Positions 1 to 14,506 of a stretch of 64,000 nt of DNA are shown here, piece by piece. Position numbers and translations under genes: made by a program. Source of the stretch: Octopus sinensis (Eukaryota). Every line of letters starts with the position of its first letter. Position 1 is the first letter of the stretch. The notes below the pieces were generated by a model, which saw nothing but the letters and a program-made list of their open reading frames with translations, did not search any database and had not been told where the DNA came from. Location of the stretch: contig NC_043004.1 in assembly GCF_006345805.1 (NCBI RefSeq), forward strand, positions 70,370,001-70,434,000. Reading direction: 5' to 3'.

Positions 1-735
1 TGTGTGCGTATAAATATATGTAGATATATATGTATATATGTGTATATTTAAGTATATGTACGTGTATATGCACGTCAATGTATGTATGTGTATAAAGATA
101 TATATTCTGTATATATATTTCATTTTGGGATTTGGTTTGCAATATATCTTTATACACATACATACATTGACATGCATATACACGTACATATACTTAAATA
201 TACACATATATACATATATATACATATATTTATACGCACACATACTTACATACACATATACATATATATATATATGCATATAAACGTACATATACATACA
301 CAGGTATTCATATACATATACGCATATATATATATATATATATACATACATACACAAATCCACATACACATAGTTACATACATATGCATGTACATACACA
401 CACAGATTCACATCCATAAACATACATATGCATTAGATACATACGTGTATACACACACGCGCATGCATACACACGTATAGACATATACATAACACATGTA
501 CACATTTAAACACGCAAACACACACAGATACATACACAGACACGTGCGAGTGTGTTTTCCTTCCTTGACAAGGTTCAAACGCTGTAGACTTCTCTCAAAT
601 GTAGCACTCAATACCCAAAGACATTTCATCACAATTCTTTTCTATTTCATAAGTTTTTCTAATTACACTTGGAAAAAACCTACGAGTTAGAAACAATTGG
701 AGTACGTCTTCAATTACAACAACAACACAACAATA

Positions 736-742
736 ATAATAA

Positions 743-785
<43 letters not shown>

Positions 786-1048
786 TAATAATAATAATAT
801 ATATAATAATAATAAAAATAAAAATAATAGAAATAATAATAATAATAATAAAAATTAAAATAATAATAATATAATAATAATAATATTATATAATAATAAT
901 AATAATAAGAATAATATAATATAATAATAATATAATAAAATAATAATAATAATTATATAATAATAAAAATAAAATTAAATAATAGAAATAATAATATAAT
1001 AAAAAATTAAAATAATAATAATATAATAATAATATAATAACTATATAA

Positions 1049-1103
<55 letters not shown>
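736..1103. repeat. (AAT)n microsatellite, imperfect
   Basis: Direct reading of the trinucleotide tract; it produces the poly-L/Y/I pseudo-ORFs. Confidence 0.97.
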
Positions 1104-1104
1104 T

Positions 1105-1467
1105 TGAGAGAGCGCAAACCTCGGCCAAAGCAACACAAACGTCCTCTCAACCATTAGCCAGCGATCAGTTTTAAAATGAGAATATCTGAAATAAATTCGA
1201 CTCTTCTCACAAACGAGAATACTAGAAATGAACCCGACCACTCTCAGAAACAAAAAAAAAAAAAAACAAGAAAAATAATCCAGAATCTTTGTCCGGTACC
1301 GGATCGATCCCAAAATCTAATCAGTTCGTGCCAGTCACGAGGTCGAACATCCCTGAAAGTTTCATCCGAATCCATCCAGCGGTTCTTGAGATATCTTGTG
1401 CATGGGCAAAACAAACGAACAAATACAAGTGAAAACAATACCTCTGCCTAAGCGAAGGCAGAGGTAA
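1105..1467 (+). mobile_element. 3' part of a non-autonomous Helitron/Helentron (DINE-like) element
   Basis: Ends in an 11-bp perfect hairpin TACCTCTGCCT-aagcga-AGGCAGAGGTA (1439-1466). The body (ccaaaatctaatcag...gtttcatccgaatccatccagcggttcttgagatatc) resembles rolling-circle short elements I recall from other animals. Family assignment is by recognition only. Confidence 0.45.
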
Positions 1468-1478
1468 CAACAGCAACG

Positions 1479-1523
<45 letters not shown>

Positions 1524-1727
1524 TGCATTGTAGCTTGTAGCTTTGAGATTTGAATTCTTCCTATTTTATTAAGCCCTTTGCTAAGGACTCAGCACGGAAA
1601 AATATTCCTATTAGAACCTACGTAATACTCTTAGCACTGATGTGGGTTCCTCTTCATTCTTACGGGGAATCTTTGCGTGTGAATTTGTATCGGTGTTTAT
1701 ATATGTACATATTATTTTATATGTATT

Positions 1728-1764
<37 letters not shown>

Positions 1765-1925
1765 TGTCTGTATGTGTAGGTGTGTGTGTGTGTGTGTGTG
1801 TGTGGCATGTGTATAATGTAGTGGATGTGCCAATGATGTATGAAAAATGAGAGAGGGAGGCAATTGAAAACGCAATTATTGAACAGAGGGGAAAAAACAA
1901 TGTTGAACGGTGTTAGCAACAGTTT

Positions 1926-1956
<31 letters not shown>

Positions 1957-2318
1957 TAATCTATATATATATATATATATATATATCAGACATACGTGTA
2001 TCACATCGTGTGTGTGCTTATATATAGATGTGTGTGTTTGTGTATCCTTCAACGACCATCTGCATTCGATAATTGCTCCTTCAATCACCTTTCCCTGGCT
2101 ATCTACTTTATACAATAAATCTATACAACATAATGGATCTTTCTACAACCGACCGAATAACCAACCAACACTGGCTGTTACTTGTTACTGCTTCAGCTAC
2201 ACACACACACACACAGACGAACACACACACGCATATACATATACACACATGTATACAGATAGGTGAGTGTGTGTGTGTGTGTTATAATTTAGCAACAAGC
2301 AGTAAAAAGGTTGTCATT

Positions 2319-2377
2319 ATAGTACTCGGAGTTTCGAATGTCGGAGCGGAGAGCTACGATACATTCTCGTCGGCTAC
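2319..2377 (-). ncRNA. Type I hammerhead-ribozyme-like motif (U4C core variant)
   Basis: Minus strand reads GUAG-CCGACGA-GAAUGU-(19 nt)-ACAUUC-GAAA-CUC-C-GAG-UA-CUAU. Stem II is a perfect 6 bp closed by G-C, the cleavage triplet is GUA, and stem I is 3 bp plus a G-U pair. There is one deviation from CUGANGA. Confidence 0.7.
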
Positions 2378-2475
2378 TAAACTCCGACAACCTTTTTACT
2401 CCTTGTTCTAAACTATAACACATAAATAATCCCGTTTCTCTAATATAGAAGTCTCATTCTTTTGTTGTTACAGTT

Positions 2476-2547
2476 TATTATTATTATTATTATTATTATT
2501 ATCATTATTATTATTATCATTATTATTATCATTATTATTATTATTAA

Positions 2548-2587
<40 letters not shown>

Positions 2588-2608
2588 CATTATTATTATT
2601 ATTATTAA

Positions 2609-2647
<39 letters not shown>

Positions 2648-3033
2648 TATTATTATTATTATTATCATTATTATTATATGTGGATGTCTACACACATATA
2701 CATTGATGCATATGTGTGTATACTCTCTGCAAAGCAAACACACCAACTCCTTTCCGTGAACAAACAAAAGAGGCAAAAAAAAAAACACAACTCAAGACGG
2801 GATGATGATGATGATGATGATAATTGACGACAAAAACCATAGCAGTATTGATAATAATAAATAATAATGATAATAATGATAATAATAATAATAGTAATAA
2901 TAATAATAATAATAATATAATAATAATAAATAATAATAATTATAAAATAATAATAATAATAATAATAAAAATAATATAATAATGAAAATGATAATAATAT
3001 AATAATAATATAATAATAATAATAATAATAATT

Positions 3034-3065
<32 letters not shown>

Positions 3066-3190
3066 TAATAATAATAATAAATAATATAATAATAATGAAA
3101 ATGATAATATAATAATAATAATAATAATAAATAATAATATAATAATAATAATAATATAATAATGAAAATGATAATAATATAATAATAATA

Positions 3191-3233
<43 letters not shown>

Positions 3234-3357
3234 TAAATGATAATATAATAATAATAATATAATAATAATAATAATAATAAAATACTGAATATATAATAAT
3301 GAAACTGTAATAATAATAATAATAATAATAATAAATCTAATAATAATAATAAAAATG

Positions 3358-3389
<32 letters not shown>

Positions 3390-3632
3390 TATAATAAATT
3401 AATAATAATAAAATGAAAATGATAATAATCATAATAATAATAAATATAATAATAATGATATATAATAATAAATATAATAACAATAATAATATGAAAATAT
3501 AATAATATAAAATAATATAATAAATAATAATAATAATAATAATATGAAAATGATAATGATAATAATAATAATAATAATAAATAATAATAATAATAATAAT
3601 GAAAATGATAATGATAATAATAATAATAATCA
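2476..3632. repeat. (ATT)n tract (2476-2678) followed by (AAT)n tract (2850-3632)
   Basis: Direct reading. The AAT tract contains a recurrent aatgaaaatgataataat sub-motif. Confidence 0.95.
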
Positions 3633-3904
3633 TAGTGGTGGTGGTGGTGGTAATGAAGTAGTAATAGTAGCAACAGTAGTAATGCAACACATGAAGACGC
3701 CCCCCCCACCTTCCTCTCTCAACCTTTCTATGTCTAATCGTTACCTCTTATCTCCGTTCTCCTGTCGCTGTATAGCCCCAGGTCAGCCCTGATCAAACAG
3801 ACGCATTTCATCCATTAAAACCCCGCCTTTTTTATTTTATTTTATTTTATTAGAGGTTTCTAGGACGAAGTTATCTAATCTGGCTTTTGTTTGTTTCTAC
3901 CTTT

Positions 3905-3938
<34 letters not shown>

Positions 3939-4868
3939 CCTCCACATTATTTACGGCGGTATTATGTGATTTGAAGGAGACTTTGCTACTATTTCTAGCG
4001 ACCGTGAAGAGCCAACTTGCATTATTATAGATGATGTTACTGCCATAACCATCTGGCCTTGTACATCAAGGGCTACATTGTCCCAATGTACCCTTCGATT
4101 TTGAAAACCACTGCCTTGGAAACCGTTTGATTTCAGGGAAATTTGGCTGTTATTTCTAACAATTCAAAGTTCCCTGCGTAAAACACATATTGTTGGTGTT
4201 TAGCTTTGATCACGTAGAGAAAGGTTGTTCCTGCTATGATGACCTCGTCTTTTTAAAACGGCAATGCTTGATTAATTTAGGGAGATTTCGGCTGCTCTTA
4301 TTTCTAGCAGGTCAAACAGCCACTTAGTGGTTCCGTCCATTGTTCGATCTGTCCTAACACAATGACAACGAAACAACCCCGAACATCGATTGTCAAATAT
4401 ATACGAAATAATATTAAATAACTATATAAAAAGCACCCCCTCTAGTCACTATTACTCAGAGCCTTATTTCTACCTCTGACCATACACACATACATACATA
4501 CATATAGCTATTACTAGTATTACAAAATCCACTGAACGCAAAAGGTTTTTTATTGATATATTTCTATACACAACTTTGTCAATCACTCACACATACATAT
4601 ATTTACAAAGACACATATACAAACGTACATATATACACATTAGCGTGGATACCTTAATCGGGGTCCCGTGGTTTTCCTATACGTAAAAAAAAAAAATGTT
4701 ACGGGAGTATCTTCTATTACAAACCTCACTGAATATAGAAAGAAGGCTGTTTTCATTGATGTGTTGTATACTCACCGTTACACACATATTCAAATATACA
4801 CAATTATACATACCCCCTATAATGTACAATTGCAGTTTCTATAATTACACACATACACACACACACAC

Positions 4869-4907
<39 letters not shown>

Positions 4908-5174
4908 CAGGGGTCCCTTGGTAAATTCTTTAGCTGGTACCCCCTCTATTCGGTAAAGTCTGCTATCCTATCTCTATTCTTCAACATTCTCTCTATCCGT
5001 TTCCTCTCTACACTACAAATCCGTTCTCCTCTCTCTCCCTCTCTCTCTCTTTCTTTCTTTCTCTCTTTCTTTCTCTCTCTCTCTCTCTCTATCTCTCTCT
5101 CGCTATCCGTACAGTTGCCAGCCAACCATATAAATATTGCAGCAGCTTGCTGTTGTAGACCTTAAAACTAACAC

Positions 5175-5206
<32 letters not shown>

Positions 5207-5558
5207 CCAACACCACAACCACGACCACAAACCAACCACATCAGCACCAATACCTATACCAGTCTACAACCCCACCTCCAACCACCACCACCACCACCAC
5301 CACCATCATCAATAGCGAACCGACACCAACCTACCAAGTTATCAGTCACCAGTCACCAGCCACTGGTGTTGATATAGTAGTAAGATAGACACACCGTGGT
5401 GCAGCAATCTGTAACAGTAGCAGCAGAGATGGTTGTGTGCAATATCGGCATTTACATACTGACACAACATCACTCTTGGTGCCGATGGCGATGATGATGG
5501 TATTGGCGAACACGATTCTACAGATGCGTATGCGCGCGCGCGTGTGTGTGTGTGTGTG

Positions 5559-5595
<37 letters not shown>

Positions 5596-5672
5596 GCATG
5601 CATGGAGGTGCACATACATGGAAAATAAACGTGTGCATGTGTGGGTGTGAGTGATATTAGCCGAGAACACTA

Positions 5673-5775
5673 CAGGTGTTACTCAATGCACGAGTGTTTC
5701 GTGCCAAAAAGTACTTGCCGAAAATTTGGCACAAAGAGCTTCGGCACGAAACTTAAGGTTCTTGAGTAACATCTG
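5673..5775. mobile_element. 103-bp mini-MITE, Tc1/mariner/pogo superfamily-like
   Basis: TIR CAGGTGTTACTCAA / TTGAGTAACATCTG (1 mismatch), with TA on the left and TG on the right. Inner perfect 10-bp inverted repeat gtttcgtgcc (5696-5705) / ggcacgaaac (5743-5752). Confidence 0.65.
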
Positions 5776-6011
5776 TGATAGTCCCGGCAGATAGGAACAA
5801 TAAAAATTGCAAAATTATATATGCTCTGCTTTACGTATTGAGCTCTCTTCCTCCTGTTAGCGAAAACCAAAGGTGTGTGTGTGTGTGGTTTGAAAGAGTG
5901 AAAGATAAAATAAACAAGAAATCCATAATTACAAATCTCTATATTCATAAACACATACGCGTGTATGTGTGTACACGTATACACACAACATATATATATG
6001 TATATATATAT

Positions 6012-6060
<49 letters not shown>

Positions 6061-6263
6061 TATATATACGCTCACGTATGTACACGAGGTGTGGTGTAGA
6101 GAGATGAATGACATAAAGGCAGGTAGGTCTATAGCCTGATATAGGTAACTAGACAAATATAGACACACACACAAACACTATACATACAAACATACATACA
6201 TACATAACATACATACATGCATACATACACACATACATACATACATACATACATACATACATT

Positions 6264-6296
<33 letters not shown>

Positions 6297-6654
6297 TATG
6301 TATATGATAGGCGTTATATATAGAAAGGTAATAGCTATCCTGAATTCGTTACTAACCAGTGCATATGGCCAGTTCCTTTAGCAAACCAGTCACCTTGCCT
6401 TTATAGAAAATCTTTGATCCATTCGTGCAACAGAAGATAGTGGTATGTATATATGTGTATATATGTATGTGTGTGTATGTGAATGCACGTACATTCAGAT
6501 TCATACATGCATACACAAACACACACACACACACGGTACACACATAAACCTTGTTATATATGCACAACTAATGTATATACATATATTTGAGGTAGTGAAA
6601 TCAGTTTATAAACCAACATACAAGGATTCAATCGTGTTTTGCCATAGAACACGG

Positions 6655-6897
6655 AACATACATACATACATACATACATACATACTTACATACATATAAT
6701 AAAAATACATACACGCACATATATACATATACACAAGCACGTACGTACATGCATGCATACATACATACATACATACATACATACATACATAGATACATAC
6801 ATACATAGATACATACATACATACATACATACATACACACATACATACATACATACATACATACATACATACATACATACATACATACATACATACA

Positions 6898-6929
<32 letters not shown>

Positions 6930-6930
6930 C
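6655..6930. repeat. (TACA)n microsatellite
   Basis: Direct reading. Confidence 0.97.
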
Positions 6931-7435
6931 AGATTCTTGCTTGGATATCGAAAGAAAAGTGTCGATATGAAGAAAGAGGCATTTTGTCAATGGAAACATA
7001 ACATATAAAATTATATATACATGTAGGAAATGAGGAATAAAAGCTATAAATACATAGGTATATGTGTATATATATCCATTCACATCTTGAAGCCGGGATC
7101 TTGATGCTCTGGGGGTAATACCGTAGTTGCCATCTGTATATGCATATCTACATATAACTGTGTGTGTATGTATGAGTGTGTGCGTGTGTCTGTATGTGTG
7201 TAGTTTTCACTAAGATGCACGAATAGATGAGAGCAACTACTACTACTACTACTACTAATACTACTACTACTACTGCTGCTGATAGTGTTGTTGTTTTGTA
7301 GCTGCTGCTGCCGCGCCTTCGCCTTCGCCTTCTTCTTCTTCTTCTACGCTCCCGTCGTCGTCGTCGTCGTCGTCGTCGTCACCCACTTCACAACCTTTCG
7401 CTATTTTCTCTTCTACTCCCTTACTTTATTCGTCT

Positions 7436-7471
<36 letters not shown>

Positions 7472-7623
7472 CACACATACAAACACACATACATACATAC
7501 ATACATACATACATACATACGCTCATACACGTTTATATATTTACAGATATATATATATATATATCTGTAAATGTACATTTAAATGTACATACATATATAT
7601 ATATATTATATATATATATGTAC

Positions 7624-7655
<32 letters not shown>

Positions 7656-7784
7656 GTATATATAGGTTCAGCGATAGTGTTTCACAAATCTAACATCGTG
7701 AGCTTAAAAATTTGATTATCCATGCAATTAGCAGTCAAAAGCTCCCTCTAAGAGTGTGTGCGTATATATATATGTGAATATACT

Positions 7785-7831
<47 letters not shown>

Positions 7832-7897
7832 GGAGGGAGAGACTCTTAAACACCACACACACTGCGTATATCTCTCTCTCATCCCGTTTTTCTCTCT

Positions 7898-7936
<39 letters not shown>

Positions 7937-8456
7937 GCAGGGAGAATTAAATCCTCCCATCACGCTTCCCTACACTTTCACCGAACTACCACCACCACCA
8001 CAACTACTACTACTACTACTACTACTACCAACAACAACAGCAGCAAAAACAAGAACACCACCACTGCTACCAATACTATTCGTGGTTTGCTCGAGCTGCT
8101 AGAAACAACAGCTAGATCTCCCTCAAATCATACATCTCACTCGTCTTTCAACAATGGAATGACTGACACACTTGCACGGTAGAGTCCCAGATACCCTAAT
8201 CCTGAAAACAAGACGAAGGTGCAACAATGCTCTGGAACTCTTTTTCATCATAGGACGGGCTTAACCAGGACTGACCTGGGGTTAAACAACAGAAATCAAC
8301 AGTGTGAGCTTCTACATGGATTCTCAGTTTGCGAGAAATAGCAACCTAAATTCATCTCAAGTCCACCACCCCACCCACCTCATAGTCTGAAAAAGAAAGG
8401 CAGGATGGTCACGGCTGTGTTTTGAGCTTAGGTCTTCTGCTCAATCAGTCGTTTCT

Positions 8457-8507
<51 letters not shown>

Positions 8508-9109
8508 CAGCAGCACCAGCACCACATTAACAACAATAACAAGCTCAAGCGCAACAGCATCTCACAGAGAGACGTCTACACGTCTAAAGCACTGCTACCA
8601 GCGCTACTACTAAAAGGAAGGACACATTGTGATAATGTACTCCTAGATATACTATGTCTTGTTTGAAAAATAAAAGAAAAAAAGTCCAGGTGGCCATGGC
8701 TGGAACGCTGTCGACCATAGGTCAACTTGATGAGAGCGAATCTGGCGCTAAACAACAGCGACGACGATAACGATGATGGTGGTGGTGGTGGTGGTGGTAG
8801 GGGTGATGGGGTAATGATGATGATGATGATGATGATGATGATAGGGATTGACCATCATCATCATCCAGGGATAAAAAAGAGGGGCCACTGACAGAAAAGG
8901 CAGAGGGTAGAGTTACTCGACCTGCTAAAAATAGCAGCCAAAGTCTCTCTTTCTTTTCTCTCTCTCTCTCTCTAACGGTGACACATTAGAGGATAACGTT
9001 ATACTAGGTTTAAAAGATATATTTTGGATGGGTATGGCTGGAGCGTCTTTGACCACAGGTTAGCTGAATCAGGACAGACCTTGGGGCAGGAGGCAAACAT
9101 CACCAAAAT

Positions 9110-9740
9110 AATAATAATTAATATTCATCATCATCACCATAACCACCACCACCACCACCATCATCAACATCATCAACATCACCATTATCATCATCGTTGT
9201 CATCATCAACATCGTCGTCGTCGTCGTCATCATCATCATCATCATCAATGTGATGTCAGTGAGAGAAGTGTCCTTTTTGCCACAACTACCAACATCTCTT
9301 GCAATTTCACAACAGTGTCACAACAACCATGACATCTATGTTACAAGATAAACTGCCACCTTCACCATCACCACCACCACCACTATTACCACAACCGATA
9401 CAACCACCAGAACCACTACTATTACTAACAACAACAACAAGAACAGGGACCACACTTCCAGACGAATGTTTTTTGGTGGTGATGGTGGTGGTGGTGGTGG
9501 TAGTGGTGGTGGTGGTGATGGTGGTGGTGGTGGTGAGGGTGGTGGTGTGGTGGTGGTGTGGTGGTGGTGGGAGGGTGGTGGTGGTGGTGGTGGTGGTGGT
9601 AGTGGTTTTGGTGGTGGTGGTGGTGGTGGTGGTGGTGGTGGTGGTGAGGGTGGTGGTGGTGGTGGTGAGGGTGGTGGTGGTGGTGGTGGTGATGGTGGTG
9701 GTGGTGGTGGTGGTGGTGGTGGTGATGGTGGTGGTGATAA
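9110..9740. repeat. (CAT/CAC)n tract then (GGT)n tract
   Basis: Direct reading; source of the poly-G/V/T/P/H pseudo-ORFs. Confidence 0.95.
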
Positions 9741-9964
9741 TGTTGATAAAGAGGGAAAACAAGGAAGAACAAGGCAAGAAGAAGCACCAAAATCTTCGGC
9801 TGTCATGACACCACTGCTTCATCTTTTCCTTCTTTTTCTTCACGCTACTACTACCACTACTACTACCACTACCACCACTACTACTACCACTACCACTACT
9901 ACTACTACTCAATACCGAGAGATAGTAGCTGTGCTAATAATAATACGGCATTATGCGGTACCTT

Positions 9965-9995
<31 letters not shown>

Positions 9996-10330
9996 CAGCA
10001 GTAGTAGTATGTTTGTATGTATTGCTGACCACTACTACCATTATCAGTTATCATAAATTAGTAGTGTGTGTGTGTGTGTGTGTGTGTAAAGGTGTCATCA
10101 TTTCATGCTCATCAGGTTGGGTTTGTTTACCTGATGGAATATTGTCACCTCCGACTCCGGCTTACTCTACCTGTCTACCTATCTATCAATAATCATTCAA
10201 TTTATCTATCTATTATCTATTTATCTATATTTATCTAATTATCTATCTATCTACCTGTCGATTTACCTTCCCGTCTGACTGTCTGTCAATCTGTCTGTCT
10301 GTCTGTATTATGCATGTATATATGTATGAA

Positions 10331-10406
<76 letters not shown>

Positions 10407-10493
10407 CTTTCAATCAATCAGTCAATTAATCTATTTTTCAATCTATCTGTGTCTGTCTGTACATATGTATGTATGTATGTATATATGTATATG

Positions 10494-10527
<34 letters not shown>

Positions 10528-12940
10528 GCACTCTTTCAATCAGTCGATCAATCTATCAATCAATCTATCTATCTAACTGTCTGTCTGTCTATCTGTTTAT
10601 CTATCTATTTATCTCTCTATGCATCCATCTGTCTATCTATGTATCCATCTATCAATGTATCTATCTCTCTTTATCTATCTACCTACCTACCTACATCCTT
10701 ATCTATCTATCTGTCTATCCATCCATCCGTCTGTCCATCCATCTATCTATCTCTCTATATCTACATACAAACATGCACTCACACACCCACACACACATCT
10801 CCTACACACACATGTCTCTCTTTCTCATTATCTTTCATTCCACTCTCTCTCTTTCCTTTTTTTTACTCAATAAAACTCACTCTCTTTTCATTGTCAGCCT
10901 GTGTTATTGTTGTCTATGTTTTTGCTTAACCTCAGTGCCTATGATCAGAGGCATTCCATCCATGACCATTATGTCTAGACTTTACTTCAGCCATAATATA
11001 TCAAAAACTATAATATCCCATGTGTCCTTCAGTTATTGAGCACTGAATCATCCATTAACATTTCCTTCATCCATAGTATATCTAGGACTACCTTATCGAA
11101 TGTGTCCTTCAGACATTGTATATCTCACTCTACATTATCCAATATCCATCCATTTTTTTAAGACAGTAAGGTGTGATGTGAATGTGCGACTTAGCTACTG
11201 TTTCCAGCAGGTCAAATAAACTACATACATAGAGACTCCAATGTTGGCTCAACTCCATGGTTAAATGGTAGTATAAAAAACAGTATACACTATTGTATTT
11301 AGTGGTATTTGGTATGGTACAGACTAGTATATAGAATGGTATTCTATGATATATGGCTTAATAGTTATTCATTACTTTATAGTATATTCTAAACCAGTAC
11401 ATAGTATGTATCCAGTGATACATACTATATAATATAGTATGGGTCTATGTATATAGTACTGTTTGGTACTTTAGTTGTATATAGTGTAACATGAAGGTAT
11501 CTATTTCATAATATGGTTGGGTAAATGTGAATATGATATAGAGGAGCATATAGCACAATGTGAAACATAATATATATTATACTATGTTTCACTATACTAT
11601 ATAGTATGATACAGCATATGTACCACATTATTAAAATATAGTAAACTGTACTCTATCGTATGGCATAGAATAATATATAGCAAAGTAGGAAATATGATAT
11701 ATTGTACTGTATGGTGTAAATTAATGTATAACATTGCACGTATGGTATATGGTATACTGTATGGTATGGCATTGTACAATGTGAGATATGGTATCCTAAA
11801 CTGTATAGCATGGTGTATTGTTTGTATCCTAGTTACAGAATATGTACACACACTGTGTCTGTGAATAATGTCATAAGGGGCAATTGGAAATAGGTGAGGG
11901 GTCATGGCAAGGAAGGGTATCTGGCTGCAAAAACCACCTTAGAAAATCCATCCTAGCAGATGCCAGCAAAAGGAAAGCAAGCATAAAATGATGACAATGA
12001 CGATGATGATGATGATGATGATGATGATGACAATGATTTTCAATTGATGATGATGATGATGCAGTTTATGACACTATATAACATGGTGTGTTGTATTGTG
12101 GTGTAGTACATAGTACAAAGTGAAAGGATGAATGGATGCGAACCTATGACCAAAGGCACTCCAACCATGACCATCCTCTATTTTTGTAATACCTTCTATA
12201 TCTAGTATATCCTATTAAGGCTATTGCAGGTGATTTGGAGATGATTTTGACTGCTATTTCTAGCACATCGAGTGACCATGTAGTGGAAGAAGCACATAAC
12301 GTGCTATACAGTGCAGCTGATATGGTAGAGTGCTGTTGATATGCATGTCAGCATATGGACATGCATGCAGTTTAGTTGGCTGAGAGAGAAACTAGGGATG
12401 CAAACCCAGCAGCAGCAGCAGCAGCAGCAGCGGCAGAAGCAGTGGTAGCACATACAGTAGTAGTAGTAGTAGTAGTAGTTTTTGTAATAGCTGCAGCAAC
12501 AGTGAGATCAGCAACAGCTGCAGCTGTATGTTGTGTGTGTGTGTGTGTTGTTGTTGTTGTTGTTTCCTTCTTTCCTGGTTCGTTAAGTAGTGCTACCACT
12601 GCAGTCGGATTACCTTGATTAGATAGGTGATGGTCGCAGCAGCAGCGGCGGCAGCAGCAGTAGAAGGAGCTGAGGTGGTGGTGGTAGTGGTGGTGGTGGT
12701 GGTGTTGGTGTTGGTGGTGGTGGTGGTGGTGTTGGTGTTGGTGGTGGTGGTGGTGGTGTTGGTGTTGGTGGTGGTGGTGGTGGTGTTGGTGTTGGTGTTG
12801 GTGGTGGTGGTGGTGGTGGTGGTGGTGTTGTGGTGGTGGTGCTGAACTCAAATGAAGGATGGAGAATGCTGCAGACGCACGTCTCACACTATTACAAAGA
12901 GATAGACATCAATAGATGTAGCTACACACACACACACACA

Positions 12941-13342
12941 CCACATTGACGCATATATCTATACACACATACAAACATGCATATACACATATACACACTC
13001 ACAAATATGTATGAATGGATAGATGAATAATATGTACATGTGTGTATGTATGTATGTACATATGTATGTACATATGTATGTACATATGTATGTACATATA
13101 GATATACATACACACACACAGACACACACACACACACACACCACATTGACGCATATATCTATACACACATACAAACATGCATATATGCATACTTAAACAC
13201 ATGCATATACACATATACACACTCACAAATATGTATGAATGGATAGATGAATAATATGTACATGTGTGTATGTATGTATGTACATATGTATGTACATATA
13301 GATATACATACACACACACAGACACACAGACACACACACACA
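12941..13342. repeat. Tandem duplication of a ~200-bp microsatellite-rich unit
   Basis: ccacattgacgcatatatc...gaatggatagatgaataatatgtac recurs at 12941 and 13141. Confidence 0.9.
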
Positions 13343-13509
13343 TATATATATATATATAATAACAGTAATTATGTATTATTTTTTATAATAATATAGGGCC
13401 CATTAAAGCGACTAATCTAAACAAATGACTGAAAAAATGTGTGTGTGTGTGTGTGTATTGGAATTAATAAAGGATTAGTAATCCAACCCATTATTTGTTT
13501 TATATATAA

Positions 13510-13511
<2 letters not shown>

Positions 13512-13546
<35 letters not shown>

Positions 13547-13825
13547 TAGATAGATAGATAGATAGATAGATAGGATGGATGGATGGATGGATGGACGAAC
13601 GGGCAGACAGACAAACAGATAGATGGATGGATAGATAGATAGATAGATATATAGATAGGATTGATGGATGGATAGATGGATGGATGGATGGATGGATGGA
13701 TGGAAGGATGGATGGATGGATGGATAGAAAGATAGATAGATAGATAGATAGACAGACAAACAGATAGATGGATGGATAGATAGATAGATAGATATATAGA
13801 TAGGATTGATGGATGGATGGAAGGG
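13512..13825. repeat. Compound GACA/GATA/GGAT satellite with internal ~145-bp-spaced duplication
   Basis: gacaaacagatag...taggattgatggatggat occurs at about 13610 and 13755. Confidence 0.9.
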
Positions 13826-14111
13826 TGTGTGTTGGTGTAGTTAGCTAATGGCATAGATAGAGAGATGCAAACACAGTGTCAACAAGAAGCAAGATTTAAA
13901 ATAAAGACCCCTAATAGCCAGCCAGTCAACCTGCCAACCAAACAGGCTGACATGCAGACAGACAGACAGACCGTCAAAATGACAGCGAGATAAGAAGGGA
14001 CAGAGATAAAAATGACTGTCAGTGAGACAGTTATAGATATCATTGGTGTGTATATTGATGTTCATGTAAATATGATGAATCCTCCATTGGTTTTGATGAC
14101 AAGTATTTAGA

Positions 14112-14505
14112 TACTCTTACTCTTTTACTTATTTCAGTCATTTGACTGCGGCCATGCTGGAGCACCGCCTTCAGTCGAGCAAATCGACCCCGGGACTTAT
14201 TCTTTGTAAGCCCAGTACTTATTTTATTGGTCTCTTTTGCTGAACCGCTAAGTGACGGGGACGTAAACACACCAGCATCGGTTGTCAAGCAATGCTAGGG
14301 GGACAAACACAGACACACAACCACACACACACACCACACACATATATATTCGATGGGCTTCTTTCAGTTTCCATCTACCAAATCCACTTACAAGGCTTTG
14401 GTCGGCCCAAGGCTATAGTAGAAGACATTTGCCCAAGGTGTCACACAATGGGACTGAACTCAGAACCATGTGGCTGGTAAGCAAGCTACTTTCCACACAG
14501 ACCCA
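14112..14505 (-). mobile_element. tRNA-derived SINE family A (CORE-like, octopus OR-type), near full length
   Basis: Reverse strand gives a tRNA-like head with A/B-box-like motifs (B box GTTCAGTCCC), a CCTTGGGCAA CORE-like segment, an internal CA/TA microsatellite and a 3' tail ending in (AAAGAGT)n. About 12 homologous near-complete copies lie in the window. Confidence 0.85.
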
Positions 14506-14506
14506 C

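Noticed and set aside
5125-5140. TATAAAT as a core promoter
   Set aside because: The motif is expected by chance in AT-rich DNA and no downstream gene supports it.
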